From an uncultured Candidatus Saccharibacteria bacterium (GTDB lineage: Bacteria > Patescibacteriota > Minisyncoccia > Phycocordibacterales > UBA12088): DNA of 64,000 nt. The notes below the pieces were generated by a model. That model saw nothing but the letters and a program-made list of their open reading frames with translations. It did no database searches and had not been told where the DNA came from. The stretch is taken from contig CAZLUD010000001.1 of NCBI GenBank assembly GCA_964562615.1, forward strand, positions 129,072 through 193,071, given 5' to 3'. This document shows, in pieces, positions 10,278 through 19,688 of the stretch. Position 1 is the stretch's first letter; each line of letters begins with the position of its first letter. The position numbers and the translations under genes are program-made.

Positions 10278-10302
10278 GCGGGTCGATTCCCCGTAGGGCA
10301 CA
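10278..10302. repeat. direct partial copy of the tRNA-Glu 3' end (att-like)
   Basis: gcgggtcgattccccgtagggcaca versus tRNA-Glu cggggttcgattccccgtagggtca. No complete cloverleaf can be folded upstream. Confidence 0.7.
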
Positions 10303-10321
10303 TAAAAGAACTTCCTAGGCA

Positions 10322-11074
10322 ATGAAAGTAGAATCACATGCAGTAATTGAAACTAGCAATCTATCACGGATAATATTTTCCGAGCCAATTTTGTATACAT
10401 CACCTTCAAAAGGTGAGGTAAAAATTATGAATCACGACAAAGACAGCAACATCCTTGTTGTGATTATGAATATGGACGTTCAGCACCGCGATGTAGCAAC
10501 ATTCGAATCTGAACGAGAGCTAGTACGAGTCGTTAGCCGTTTAAGCTGGGTACATAATCTTGCAATTGAAAAATATCGTATAACCGGCTATCAATATTCA
10601 GAAACAGCAAATCAAACAAATGCTGTTGTTCTTGCCACAACACTACATATCAATGCGTCAATTTCTGTAATAAAAACAGTTGGGAGGGACGGGGTGGAAA
10701 AACTTAGTACTACATTATCAAAAAACTATACTGAAGAACTAGATTCACTATTGTCTAAGTGGCGTGATGCTATTCGTCAAGAATCATCAATGATTCGGTT
10801 AGTACTTATGTATCAAATACTTGAGTCACTAGCTGGCAGAGTCCGAAGTAAGGTTGAAAAAATGATACGTGACAAAGACCCGCATATTGAATTGCGCAAT
10901 ACTGGCATAAAAAATGATCAGGTTGTAAGTGTATACACTTACCTACGCGACTGTATTCATTTAAAACCAGAAAATCCTCAGTTTCCTTTTCATGAGGTAG
11001 AAGCACATGTCATTCCCATGCAGGAACTTGTAAGAAAAGTACTTAAAGAAAAGTTTACAGACTTACCAGAGTGA
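10322..11074 (+). CDS. hypothetical protein
   Basis: 250-aa ORF immediately after the tRNA-fragment region; no recognisable domain. Confidence 0.4.
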   Translation: MKVESHAVIETSNLSRIIFSEPILYTSPSKGEVKIMNHDKDSNILVVIMNMDVQHRDVATFESERELVRVVSRLSWVHNLAIEKYRITGYQYSETANQTNAVVLATTLHINASISVIKTVGRDGVEKLSTTLSKNYTEELDSLLSKWRDAIRQESSMIRLVLMYQILESLAGRVRSKVEKMIRDKDPHIELRNTGIKNDQVVSVYTYLRDCIHLKPENPQFPFHEVEAHVIPMQELVRKVLKEKFTDLPE

Positions 11075-11091
11075 TACACAGTAACACACGT

Positions 11092-11553
11092 CTACAACGT
11101 AATCTCACAAAATGGGGAGGCATTGAGACTTACCGTATCATGACTAAGATCAAGCGCTCGCATCCATGTTGGTGTTATTTTGAACATGACATATTGCTCT
11201 GAAGCAATTTGTAGTAGCGGCGGCCAAAAATCTGGGTGGCTAGTTACCGCTTTTGCAAATTCATTTTGAAGCCACTCTCGCTCTTTGGCATCAGTTATAG
11301 GAAATGCTTCACCATCAAGTTGTACTAGCATTTTTTTATGCTCCCATACCGAACCGCTTATAGCTGGGTTAGCTGAGAGAAATTTTTCTTTATACGATCC
11401 TGCGTGCGTTACAAAGTAAAATGAGCAGGCATCATCTACCACGTATAGCACCACAGAAGAAGATGGCTTGTCGCCATTAACTGTCGCTATACTCATCACA
11501 AACTGGGTTTTTAAAAAGTCTATTACCGCTTGTTTTTTGTCTTCTTGTTCCAT
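11092..11553 (-). CDS. pyridoxamine 5'-phosphate oxidase-like FMN-binding split-barrel protein
   Basis: KKQAVIDFLKTQFVMSIATVNGDKPSSSVVLYV ... FYFVT pattern is typical of the PNPOx / general stress protein 26 family. Confidence 0.5.
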   Translation of the reverse strand: MEQEDKKQAVIDFLKTQFVMSIATVNGDKPSSSVVLYVVDDACSFYFVTHAGSYKEKFLSANPAISGSVWEHKKMLVQLDGEAFPITDAKEREWLQNEFAKAVTSHPDFWPPLLQIASEQYVMFKITPTWMRALDLSHDTVSLNASPFCEITL

Positions 11554-11592
11554 GAGATAATAGTACCTCAAAAAGGGCTTTAGTGTATAGAC

Positions 11593-12228
11593 TTAGACAT
11601 CACCACGTGCGATATCCACCTCCCTACCCAATATACGGCTTGCAATACGCTCAAGCGCATCAACGCTATATGCACCTGGTCGTATAAGGGTTATATGCTC
11701 GTTGTTGATTGAAATAACGGTTGAAGGCGCTCCTGCGCACACCCCACCATCTACCACATACCCAATATCTGGAAACTGCTCTTGTATATCAGCAGGTGTT
11801 GAAAGTGGTGTCTGACCTGAAAGATTAGCGCTTGTTGAAGTAATTGGTGTGTCGCAATACTTAAAAAACGCCTCCCTAAATGGATGATCAGGCATACGAA
11901 ATCCGATATACGGTGAGCGGGTAACCGTGCCCAGTAGCGCGCTATCTCCACATGGAATAAGTAGTGATAGTGCGCCTGGCCAACACTCAGAAAGTAACGC
12001 ACTGGCAAACGAAGAAAGGGTGACATAGCGTGAAAGCATAGCAACATCACGCACCATAACTAAAAAATTCTTTTCTGGCGGTGATTGTTTAAGGGAAAAT
12101 AATTGTGATACCGCGGTAGCATTTGTTGCATCCACCCCAAGCCCATATAGGGTGTCGGTAGGATAGGCTATAATCCCGCCTTGCTTTATTATTGCCGCTG
12201 CTTCCCTTGCTTGTGTCTCTATGTCCAT
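11593..12228 (-). CDS. tsaC: L-threonylcarbamoyladenylate synthase (YrdC/Sua5 family)
   Basis: GGIIAYPTDTLYGLGVDATNATAVSQLFSLKQSPPEKNFLVMV is the YrdC signature. Confidence 0.85.
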   Translation of the reverse strand: MDIETQAREAAAIIKQGGIIAYPTDTLYGLGVDATNATAVSQLFSLKQSPPEKNFLVMVRDVAMLSRYVTLSSFASALLSECWPGALSLLIPCGDSALLGTVTRSPYIGFRMPDHPFREAFFKYCDTPITSTSANLSGQTPLSTPADIQEQFPDIGYVVDGGVCAGAPSTVISINNEHITLIRPGAYSVDALERIASRILGREVDIARGDV

Positions 12229-12288
12229 ACGGTAGAGCGTAGCGCATCTGCTTCATTTTTGCTAGAATCGCATACAGTGTATTTATTT

Positions 12289-12364
12289 GCGCGGTTAGCT
12301 CAGTTGGTAGAGCATCCCCTTGACGTGGGGAGGGTCAGAGGTTCGAGTCCTCTATCGCGCACCA
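12289..12364 (+). tRNA. tRNA-Val (anticodon GAC)
   Basis: Acceptor gcgcggt/atcgcgc. Anticodon stem tcccc/gggga with loop ttgacgt. T-arm ggttcgagtcc. Encoded CCA. Confidence 0.85.
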
Positions 12365-12537
12365 CAGAGAGTACTTCAAGAAATATAGTCGCTTTGCTCC
12401 TTATTTCTTTGGTCGCACAAAAACAAAAGGAACATAAGTGAGTAGGTAAATTGTGCTACATATACGAAAAACATTGACTAATTAGTAGTAGGCTGTACTA
12501 TCCACCAGCACCCCAACCACGTGGGTGTAAGGAGGAA

Positions 12538-12849
12538 ATGATGAAGAATCTTCTGATCCTTTTGCTGGCGATGTTCATTGATTGTTCCTCAGCACCGGCT
12601 TATGCTGGTGCTGAGGAAGTCTCAACACTCCTATCCGACGAAGAGATGGATGCTGCTACCGCGGCGGGATATACATTCGCCATCACTGGGAGCGCAAAAA
12701 ACCTCGGTGTACCGAGGGATGTAAATCCAACAACAGCATGCGGAGGAGGAAAATGCGGCGCTGCTAGCCCCGCCACCGTCACCCTGCCGAAAGGGGTGCA
12801 AGGCTCAATATGGGTTAACGGCGGAAAAGCCTCCATCTTCAGAAAGTGA
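12538..12849 (+). CDS. small secreted Gly/Ala-rich protein (signal peptide)
   Basis: Strong RBS aaggagg. N-terminal MMKNLLILLLAMFIDCSSAPAYA signal-like segment. 103 aa. Locally GC-rich relative to the flanks. Confidence 0.5.
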   Translation: MMKNLLILLLAMFIDCSSAPAYAGAEEVSTLLSDEEMDAATAAGYTFAITGSAKNLGVPRDVNPTTACGGGKCGAASPATVTLPKGVQGSIWVNGGKASIFRK

Positions 12850-12860
12850 TCTCTTACTTC

Positions 12861-12882
12861 GCGGGGGCCAAAAGGCCCCCGC
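12861..12882 (+). terminator. GC-rich hairpin after the small secreted-protein gene (no U-tract)
   Basis: gcgggggcc-aaaa-ggcccccgc. Confidence 0.35.
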
Positions 12883-12972
12883 AGCCACCACGTCATGAGA
12901 CGTGGTTTTGTATTATCCTCATTACTCTTAGCTCGTGGCTTTTCTTCACTATTTCCTCTATACTCTCCGTAC

Positions 12973-14151
12973 ATGAAGATACTAGCCATAGAAACATCCT
13001 GTGACGAAACCGCAGTAGCAATACTAGACGCTACCGGAGAACGGGGAGCAACCACCTATCGTGTACTCGGGCACGCACTGTATTCGCAAGCCTCACTCCA
13101 TAGCGAGTTTGGAGGTGTGTTCCCTGCCCTAGCTAAGCGTGAGCATGGCAACAACATCACCCCTCTTCTACGTGCCTGCCTTGAAGAAGCATCCATGCTA
13201 CAAAGCAATGCTGAAGAAATAAGCGAAGAGAAAAAAAATACCGTACGTACCCTCCTCGAGCGAGAAGGGAGTGCCTCAGAGATGCTTGTAGAGTTTCTTG
13301 ATGAAATAGAGGTGCCTCCTATAGATGCAATTGCAGTAACGAAAGGTCCAGGGCTTGAGCCCGCCTTGTGGGTGGGTATCAATGTAGCAAAGGCACTTTC
13401 ACTTATCTGGAACATCCCGCTAATACCTGTAAATCACATGGAGGGGCACATCATATCTGCTCTCGCATCACCCACCACTACTGGTGACCTACAAGAAACA
13501 TTTGAAGTACATAATGTACCCTTTCCCCTTGTTACCTTACTTATTTCAGGCGGGCATACCGAGTTTGTTGCGCAAGACAATTGGAATACTAAGCAAATCA
13601 TAGGAGAAACTCGTGACGATGCCGTGGGAGAAAGTTTTGATAAGGTAGCGCGCATGCTCTCTCTTCCATATCCTGGTGGAAAAGAAATCTCTCGCCTTGC
13701 ACAAGTAGCACGTGACGAGGGATTGCCTGATATTGATCCGCTCCCTCGCCCCATGCTACAGAGTGATGATTGTGATGTATCTTTTTCTGGATTAAAGACC
13801 GCCGTCTTGTATCGCCTCAAGGAGGAAATACCAAGCGAAACCATCACCAAGCAATACGCGCGCGCATTTGAAGATGCGGTTACTGAGGTACTAGTAGCAA
13901 AGTCGCTCAAAGCAATAAAAAAGACAGGTGCAAAAGCATTTGCCGTTGGTGGCGGAGTTGCAGCAAATTATTATATTCAAAAAAATCTTACCGCTACCCT
14001 CCGCCAGCACTATAGCGATATATCGCTATATTTTCCTAAACCAGAGATAGCTACTGACAACGCAATAATGATTGCCATGGCCGCCTACTATACCGATGAA
14101 AGGGTCACAGATCCATCGCTCCTTAGTGCCGATGGAAGAATGGGGTATTAG
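12973..14151 (+). CDS. tsaD: tRNA N6-adenosine threonylcarbamoyltransferase TsaD/Kae1
   Basis: MKILAIETSCDETAVAILD N-terminus, HMEGHI metal-binding motif and GGVAAN. Longer than usual because of an internal insertion. Start moved to the MKILAIE Met. Confidence 0.9.
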   Translation: MKILAIETSCDETAVAILDATGERGATTYRVLGHALYSQASLHSEFGGVFPALAKREHGNNITPLLRACLEEASMLQSNAEEISEEKKNTVRTLLEREGSASEMLVEFLDEIEVPPIDAIAVTKGPGLEPALWVGINVAKALSLIWNIPLIPVNHMEGHIISALASPTTTGDLQETFEVHNVPFPLVTLLISGGHTEFVAQDNWNTKQIIGETRDDAVGESFDKVARMLSLPYPGGKEISRLAQVARDEGLPDIDPLPRPMLQSDDCDVSFSGLKTAVLYRLKEEIPSETITKQYARAFEDAVTEVLVAKSLKAIKKTGAKAFAVGGGVAANYYIQKNLTATLRQHYSDISLYFPKPEIATDNAIMIAMAAYYTDERVTDPSLLSADGRMGY

Positions 14152-14669
14152 TGAAAAGGAACTGTAGATGAGTTTTATATAAAGTTATACCCCGCCAGCA
14201 TGAGTGCTGGCGGGGCGTGCGATATCGCATCAAATCAATGTTTTCTCTTTTTCCTACTTACCTCCTTGCGGAGGATGGTAGGGTCTTTCTGCTTGCCGGA
14301 AACGGTCGTTGATATGCCGAGGCGGGTCGCCTCAGTATGGAGCTGCTCGAGCTCCATCTGTGCTTGGTGGATGGTACCACTACCTCTTAGGGTGGGCGTT
14401 ATCCTCATTTTTTCCTCCTTCTCAACTAGAAGATGTACAGTTGAACGCGTTACTACCTGAACGATTTGCAGCTGCATCGAAGGCCTCCAACTCTCACCGC
14501 ACTGTTGCGGTGAGCCTGTCCTGATTTTTCTCAGTGACAGGGAAATTGGGCAAATAATTAGTTATTTGTGCTTTGCCTTATTTCCCTGTCACCGGTACTA
14601 TCTGTGTATATAATACCACCAATACATCATTTTGTCAATACACTCGTTCCGTAACAAACTTTCACCATT

Positions 14670-16238
14670 TTACCCGTTATCCCTATGTGATGTAAAGAGG
14701 TGGGCAAGGCGTACAAAGAGTACGATAAGCACCAACACTAGTGGCCATATGTAGCACCACGCTTCAATAAGTACCCCAAGCAGAATTGCGCCAATAACCC
14801 CAGTAACAAAGACAACCAGTGTTCTAAAGAGTCTTGTATAAGGAAGAGTGCTATCTGCGGTAAAGAAATCAAGTAGCGCAGAGCCAGCCATTAAGAGTGC
14901 CATGACAAGGAGGGGGAACATCTCATATGGATCTTCGTCTATAAACCAAATAATCATGGCGCTTACTGCTCCAAGAAGCGCAAATATTGTCGTACGAGAA
15001 AATGTTCGCGCGATGGGTACCTTTGCATCAACCATATCTCTTCCCCACCATGTAGCAATAAGATAGGCAATGAGGGTAATGATAGTAACAATCCACGCGC
15101 TATCACACTCGCCAATAGCAAATAAATTATTCAAAAAGTCTGGTAGTCCAAATAGCGCTGCCGCGGCTTGGGAATTGTTTTGTGGTTGCTCCTCACCTTC
15201 TGGAGGTGTCGTAGTATCGTCCTGCGGTTCTGTTGTCGCATCACCTCCTGTTGTGCCGCCTACACCACCAGCGGTGCCTCCCGTGGTATTTCCACCACCA
15301 GTTGCGCCACCTTGTGGTTCGCCCTCAGGCTCTACCGAGAAAAACGTTGACGCAACAAGTGGTACGGTAAAAATAAATTCTGGACTTACCGTAAACACAT
15401 CCCCTGGATTTTGTCTTGATGCAACGCGATACACATATGTCTCTCCGGGTATAAGACCAGAAAGTGGCAATGAGTGATCAAGGGTAATGGTTGTCTCTTC
15501 AGCAGTAGTTGCTGGGTAGCCAAAATTAGGATCAAAAAGATTCAAACTGTATGGACCGCCAGATTGTAGTCCATATACTACCTTACTTGTTGCGGGCAAG
15601 TTGGTATCCCACACAATAGTTGCATCACCATCAAGGGTAATATTGAGGGCGTTCTCATTGAAAGTATCAAGATTGGTGAGTGTTACCGGCCCTCCTCCCC
15701 CGCCTCCGCCGCCACTAGGCGGTGTAGTGGGTACGGGGGTCTCTCCACCACCATCACCATCTGATACACAGCTATTGTCGCCACCACTAAATCCGACACA
15801 AAAATCAAAACCTGCACTACCAAGTTGAAATTCATTCCCAGCGGTACTAGGAAATGCTACCGAAAAGGTGTAGGTAGCTGACGCGCCATTTGCGAGGTTA
15901 CTGGTAAGCGCGCGAGGAGTTCCATCAATAAAACTACTTATCGGGAGATTGTTAATAAATGTTGTGCCACTTGTTACAGTAAGGTATAGCGTGCTTGCAA
16001 GATTTCCTGTCGAGAATCCATTGGTTGCCTTTACATACACATCTTGCGATTCGGTTGAGGTATTAGTTACCACTACCGTTCGAGATATAGTGTCGCCTGG
16101 TTTTATATCTCCCTCACTAAAGAGTGGTTCTTGTTCAAAGTCGACTGATATATTTGCCGCAAACACAGTCGTAGCAGATGAGCACAGCATCGCCCCAGCA
16201 AGTATAAAGATGGTAAGTAATCGGTTATAGTGCCTCAT
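14670..16238 (-). CDS. TasA/camelysin-like secreted protein with FN3-like middle domain and C-terminal multi-TM anchor
   Basis: N-terminal hydrophobic segment. DIKPGDTISRTVVVTNTSTESQDVYVKA resembles the TasA/camelysin core. Poly-Gly/Thr linker. VYGLQSGGPYSL ... GETYVYRV is FN3-like. About 5 C-terminal TM helices. 14-nt overlap with the upstream gene. Confidence 0.65.
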   Translation of the reverse strand: MRHYNRLLTIFILAGAMLCSSATTVFAANISVDFEQEPLFSEGDIKPGDTISRTVVVTNTSTESQDVYVKATNGFSTGNLASTLYLTVTSGTTFINNLPISSFIDGTPRALTSNLANGASATYTFSVAFPSTAGNEFQLGSAGFDFCVGFSGGDNSCVSDGDGGGETPVPTTPPSGGGGGGGGPVTLTNLDTFNENALNITLDGDATIVWDTNLPATSKVVYGLQSGGPYSLNLFDPNFGYPATTAEETTITLDHSLPLSGLIPGETYVYRVASRQNPGDVFTVSPEFIFTVPLVASTFFSVEPEGEPQGGATGGGNTTGGTAGGVGGTTGGDATTEPQDDTTTPPEGEEQPQNNSQAAAALFGLPDFLNNLFAIGECDSAWIVTIITLIAYLIATWWGRDMVDAKVPIARTFSRTTIFALLGAVSAMIIWFIDEDPYEMFPLLVMALLMAGSALLDFFTADSTLPYTRLFRTLVVFVTGVIGAILLGVLIEAWCYIWPLVLVLIVLFVRLAHLFTSHRDNG

Positions 16239-17751
16239 AGTCTTCTTTTATTGCCTCTACTTCTGTAACAGGTACCATAATAACCACCTCTTCGTGCGTC
16301 TCAGTATCACCACCTGAAGAAGAGGAGACAGTGACGCTCTCTACCACATCAGTGGTTGTCGCCTCGTTTGCCACCACTTCGTTTCCACGTGCGGGCATAA
16401 TATCCTCTTCTCTTGTTTCTGCAACTGCATCGGTCACTTCGTTATAGGTAGTGTGTGCAGTGTCATTGTCATCAAAAGGTGTCGGTTCAGGCAATAGTGG
16501 CAGTGGTGTTGTTTCCTCCACAGTCTCACTACCTGCTTCTTGTTCTATCAATAATTCGTGAGGGGCATCTACTACTCCACTATCGGTGTGCTCAACAGTG
16601 AGCGTATCTTCAGTTACCAACAATGCTTCGGTTGATACTTCCATTGTTTCAGGTGGAAGCTCTTCATCTCCAGGCACAATAATATTTGACTCACCCGGTG
16701 TTGGGATAGGATCAAACCATACCCCGATACCATTTGGTGATCGCGCCACGGTCTTTCCAACAGCAATTGATCCAAAACTTCTTTTATCTAGTAGTACATT
16801 GTTATTGTCATACAGCGTCACGGTGTCACCGGTATTATTTAGCTTGGTTGGATCAGCAAATAAAAGCACTGCATATCCATGTGCCGGAATAATAGTAGAA
16901 CCTGCAAGTGTTCCAATTTGATTTGAAGCGGGGCTACTTGCCACAATGGTATACAAATTCTCAGTTACTCCTCCAGATAATTCTGATACTACCCACCCTG
17001 CAATATCTACCGGTGTGTCGCCATTGTTATATAACTCTATCCACTCACTATTATTTGGATAGGTCGCAGAGCTACTTGGATTAGGTAGTATCTCATTAAG
17101 CACTACCATTTTTGCGGTAAGGTCAAAAGATACTCGCTCTGTATCACTAAAGCCGCTTTCAGTAGTTGTTGCTGCCGAGAGTAAAAAGGCATCAAACGCA
17201 ATATCAAAATTACACACATCCCCGTGTCCTACAGGTACTAATGGTGGTACATCAAACTCAAACTCCCAAGCACCAAAGTCTTGCGTAGGCAACAGCGCAA
17301 GTCCTTCAAGTGGACCTGCATACTGCACCAATCCGTTTCGGGTTGCTTCTATATCTATTGCTGCACAAAAATCTGCATCTCCAGCTATATTACTTGCGCG
17401 AGTAATGTATTTAGTTGGGACACTCAGTGGCGAAAGTGCCACCAGTGACGCATAGTCAACTTCTCCAAGTGCTTCAACGCCAATATGACTTGTGAGTGTA
17501 TCGTTAACGAGCGTAATATCAAGCTCTCCTGCAACAAAACTATTCTGCGTCGCCGCCTCGATGTCGGTAAAGTACGCAATGGTACTACCGACACCGAGGA
17601 GCCCCACCCAGTTAAGAGCAACTATGAGGAGGAGTGCAGTGACGCGTGCGCATGGCCCGGAAATAATCCGGAGAAAGCGCACCAATGATTGATGTGCTTG
17701 CTTCGAGCTATTTGCCGTAGTAACTATTTTATACATTGTTTTCTTCTTCAA
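16225..17751 (-). CDS. secreted protein with SipW-cognate signal and lamin-tail domain (LTD), acidic C-terminal tail
   Basis: GVGSTIAYFTDIEAATQNSFVAGELDITL matches the SipW-cognate signal class. LNEILPNPSSS ... SEWIELYNNGDTPVDIAGW matches the LTD pattern. Confidence 0.7.
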   Translation of the reverse strand: MKKKTMYKIVTTANSSKQAHQSLVRFLRIISGPCARVTALLLIVALNWVGLLGVGSTIAYFTDIEAATQNSFVAGELDITLVNDTLTSHIGVEALGEVDYASLVALSPLSVPTKYITRASNIAGDADFCAAIDIEATRNGLVQYAGPLEGLALLPTQDFGAWEFEFDVPPLVPVGHGDVCNFDIAFDAFLLSAATTTESGFSDTERVSFDLTAKMVVLNEILPNPSSSATYPNNSEWIELYNNGDTPVDIAGWVVSELSGGVTENLYTIVASSPASNQIGTLAGSTIIPAHGYAVLLFADPTKLNNTGDTVTLYDNNNVLLDKRSFGSIAVGKTVARSPNGIGVWFDPIPTPGESNIIVPGDEELPPETMEVSTEALLVTEDTLTVEHTDSGVVDAPHELLIEQEAGSETVEETTPLPLLPEPTPFDDNDTAHTTYNEVTDAVAETREEDIMPARGNEVVANEATTTDVVESVTVSSSSGGDTETHEEVVIMVPVTEVEAIKEDYEAL

Positions 17752-18265
17752 TTTTATTTCTTCGGCGTATATGTTTTGTCTCTTTTACAATAGTGGCTAT
17801 CTCGTCAATAACTACTATGCCTGCTGGTATTCCTATAAGAAAGATAAATCCCCATGGCTTTTTAGCAATATCTAGCAAGTAACCAATATACGGAATACTG
17901 AAGAGCACCTTCCCTATCACCTCGCTTACCGCTACAGACCCAGAATCCTTCTCTTCGTTTGCATCTCCCTTTGTTTCAAATCGTATTTGTCCTCCTGAAA
18001 TAATGTCCGCGACAATACGGTGTGTGGTGGGTATGCTTGTCTCTGATTCTTCACCAAAGGTAATCACATCACCTACCGCATACGTCTCTTTTGGCATGAT
18101 GACCACAATGGATCCTGTTTGTATCGCTGGCTCCATGGAGCCTGACTGCACAATCTTTACCGATATATTACCCGGGATAGGAATAAGTGTTGCCACAAGA
18201 AGCAACCCCAGTGCAGTAACAGCAGCAAGGAATGTGTAGTAGGCGATTGAAAAGAGCGTATTCAT
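17729..18265 (-). CDS. sipW: signal peptidase I, archaeal/ER-type (SipW-like, Ser-His-Asp)
   Basis: SGSMEP catalytic Ser box, THRIV His box and KGDAN. N- and C-terminal TM segments. 178 aa. Overlaps the downstream gene by 23 nt. Confidence 0.85.
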   Translation of the reverse strand: MNTLFSIAYYTFLAAVTALGLLLVATLIPIPGNISVKIVQSGSMEPAIQTGSIVVIMPKETYAVGDVITFGEESETSIPTTHRIVADIISGGQIRFETKGDANEEKDSGSVAVSEVIGKVLFSIPYIGYLLDIAKKPWGFIFLIGIPAGIVVIDEIATIVKETKHIRRRNKIEEENNV

Positions 18266-18341
18266 AGCGTTGTACTCACGACCTCATTGCTACGCCCGCA
18301 ATAACAGAGAGGCGTAGCATGAAGTCGTGAATAAGGTCTAC

Positions 18342-19637
18342 CTAGATTACATCTGGTGTATCCGAACCTCCGTCGGTGGTACAGTCAAAGTCTTCATTGT
18401 TTCGTGACTGTACGGCATATACGGTTAGCCCTGCTGAAATAGTATCTGTCTGTGCAAGGTTAGTAGATGAAAGCGCTGCCGGAGATGCTGCCGTGGTTCC
18501 ATCACACGTAAATGGTGCACCATCAACCACTCCTAATGTTCCTGCACACCACGCGACACTGACATATTCTGTAGTTCCGCCGACATGTACCCCATTAGCC
18601 ATATTTGCATCATGAATTGGCACCTCCATTGATCCAGCAAATGAGTCGTGGAGTAATTCTGTTTCGGACGTATCTTTTATGCCATCCATATCTGTATCAA
18701 GCCAAAAGTACATATCGATGAGTTCTCCCAACTCTCCATCGTTATCAAGAGAGCTGTCACCAACTTCAACCTCTGGATCAGTCAATCCATTTTCTTCATT
18801 TACTACATCGTTAACATAAAGACATGAGTATGCATCATTACTGTTTACGTGTAGCGATATAGTGTTTGTTCCGTAATCACCTGGCTTTACATCAGTGAAT
18901 GCAAAGAATTTGTGATCATCAAGATCAGTTGCAGTCCACAACTTGCAAGAGCCACCAACTGAGTAGGCAAATTCACTTGGATTGCATACTCCATCGATTA
19001 CCGCCTTAAACATTACCCCTGCTGGGTTAGTAGTTGGAGTACTCCCAGGCACGCCCAAGTTGTCCACCTCTACTTCAATCGTGTTGAGTCCAGGCACCAT
19101 TGCTGATGCGATGTTGTACACATCCTCAGTTCCAAGCTGGAAGTTGTTTTCATCTGTTGAAGCACCTACCAACACGCCATTTACCCTCGCGCGGTGTTGG
19201 TTATCTGATGCAACATACAATTGTGCTGATGCGACACTGCCACTCCACACAAAGGTTTTGGTAAAGGTGAATGTCTGAGTAACTGTAGGGTCGCTCACAG
19301 GATTACTAATCCATATCCAATCACCTGCCCCACCAGTACCATCAAGATCTGCTGTCCATGCAGGGTGGATAAAGGTAAGTACTTCAGCATTTGCATTAGA
19401 GTTTTCATCTACCGTTACTCCGATACTGCTTGGTACCTCGTTATCACATCCATAGACACACTCCTCACCAAGGTACGAGGCAAACGTATGATCAATGGTG
19501 AGATTTATATCACCAGCCGTAAAGACGTTACCCGTTGATGTCTCACTATCGTTGAAGAATGCCCCTGTACCCATAGCTACCACCGACCCGAGGCCGATGA
19601 TAACTATGAGAGAGCTAATAATTCTAGTGTATTTCAT
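18342..19637 (-). CDS. TasA/camelysin-like secreted protein (SipW-cognate signal)
   Basis: GTGAFFNDSETSTGNVFTAGDINLTID N-terminal motif. FTDVKPGDYGTNTISLHVNSND core. Shares a VQSRNNEDFDC motif with the 516-aa paralog. An SD-like gaaggt lies upstream. Confidence 0.7.
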   Translation of the reverse strand: MKYTRIISSLIVIIGLGSVVAMGTGAFFNDSETSTGNVFTAGDINLTIDHTFASYLGEECVYGCDNEVPSSIGVTVDENSNANAEVLTFIHPAWTADLDGTGGAGDWIWISNPVSDPTVTQTFTFTKTFVWSGSVASAQLYVASDNQHRARVNGVLVGASTDENNFQLGTEDVYNIASAMVPGLNTIEVEVDNLGVPGSTPTTNPAGVMFKAVIDGVCNPSEFAYSVGGSCKLWTATDLDDHKFFAFTDVKPGDYGTNTISLHVNSNDAYSCLYVNDVVNEENGLTDPEVEVGDSSLDNDGELGELIDMYFWLDTDMDGIKDTSETELLHDSFAGSMEVPIHDANMANGVHVGGTTEYVSVAWCAGTLGVVDGAPFTCDGTTAASPAALSSTNLAQTDTISAGLTVYAVQSRNNEDFDCTTDGGSDTPDVI

Positions 19638-19688
19638 TTAATTTACCTTCTCATGCTGATAAGTGAACAAACAATAGTGTTCAAGAAA

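Noticed and set aside
10063-10302. Possible tmRNA or intron-containing tRNA between tRNA-Glu and the downstream T-arm-like copy
   Set aside because: No acceptor pairing partner for the 3' end and no tag reading frame. A bona fide ssrA is present at 58711-59091.
12600-13910. Minus-strand ORFs of 119-158 aa
   Set aside because: Antisense to tsaD and to the small secreted-protein gene.
14200-14600. Possible structured ncRNA (nested hairpins cagggaaat ... atttccctg, ctcaccgca ... tgcggtgag) and an 80-aa minus-strand ORF between tsaD and the fibre operon
   Set aside because: No match to SRP, 6S or RNase P consensus elements that I can recognise. It is most simply explained as convergent terminator hairpins. 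The ORF has no motif, so it is left uncalled.
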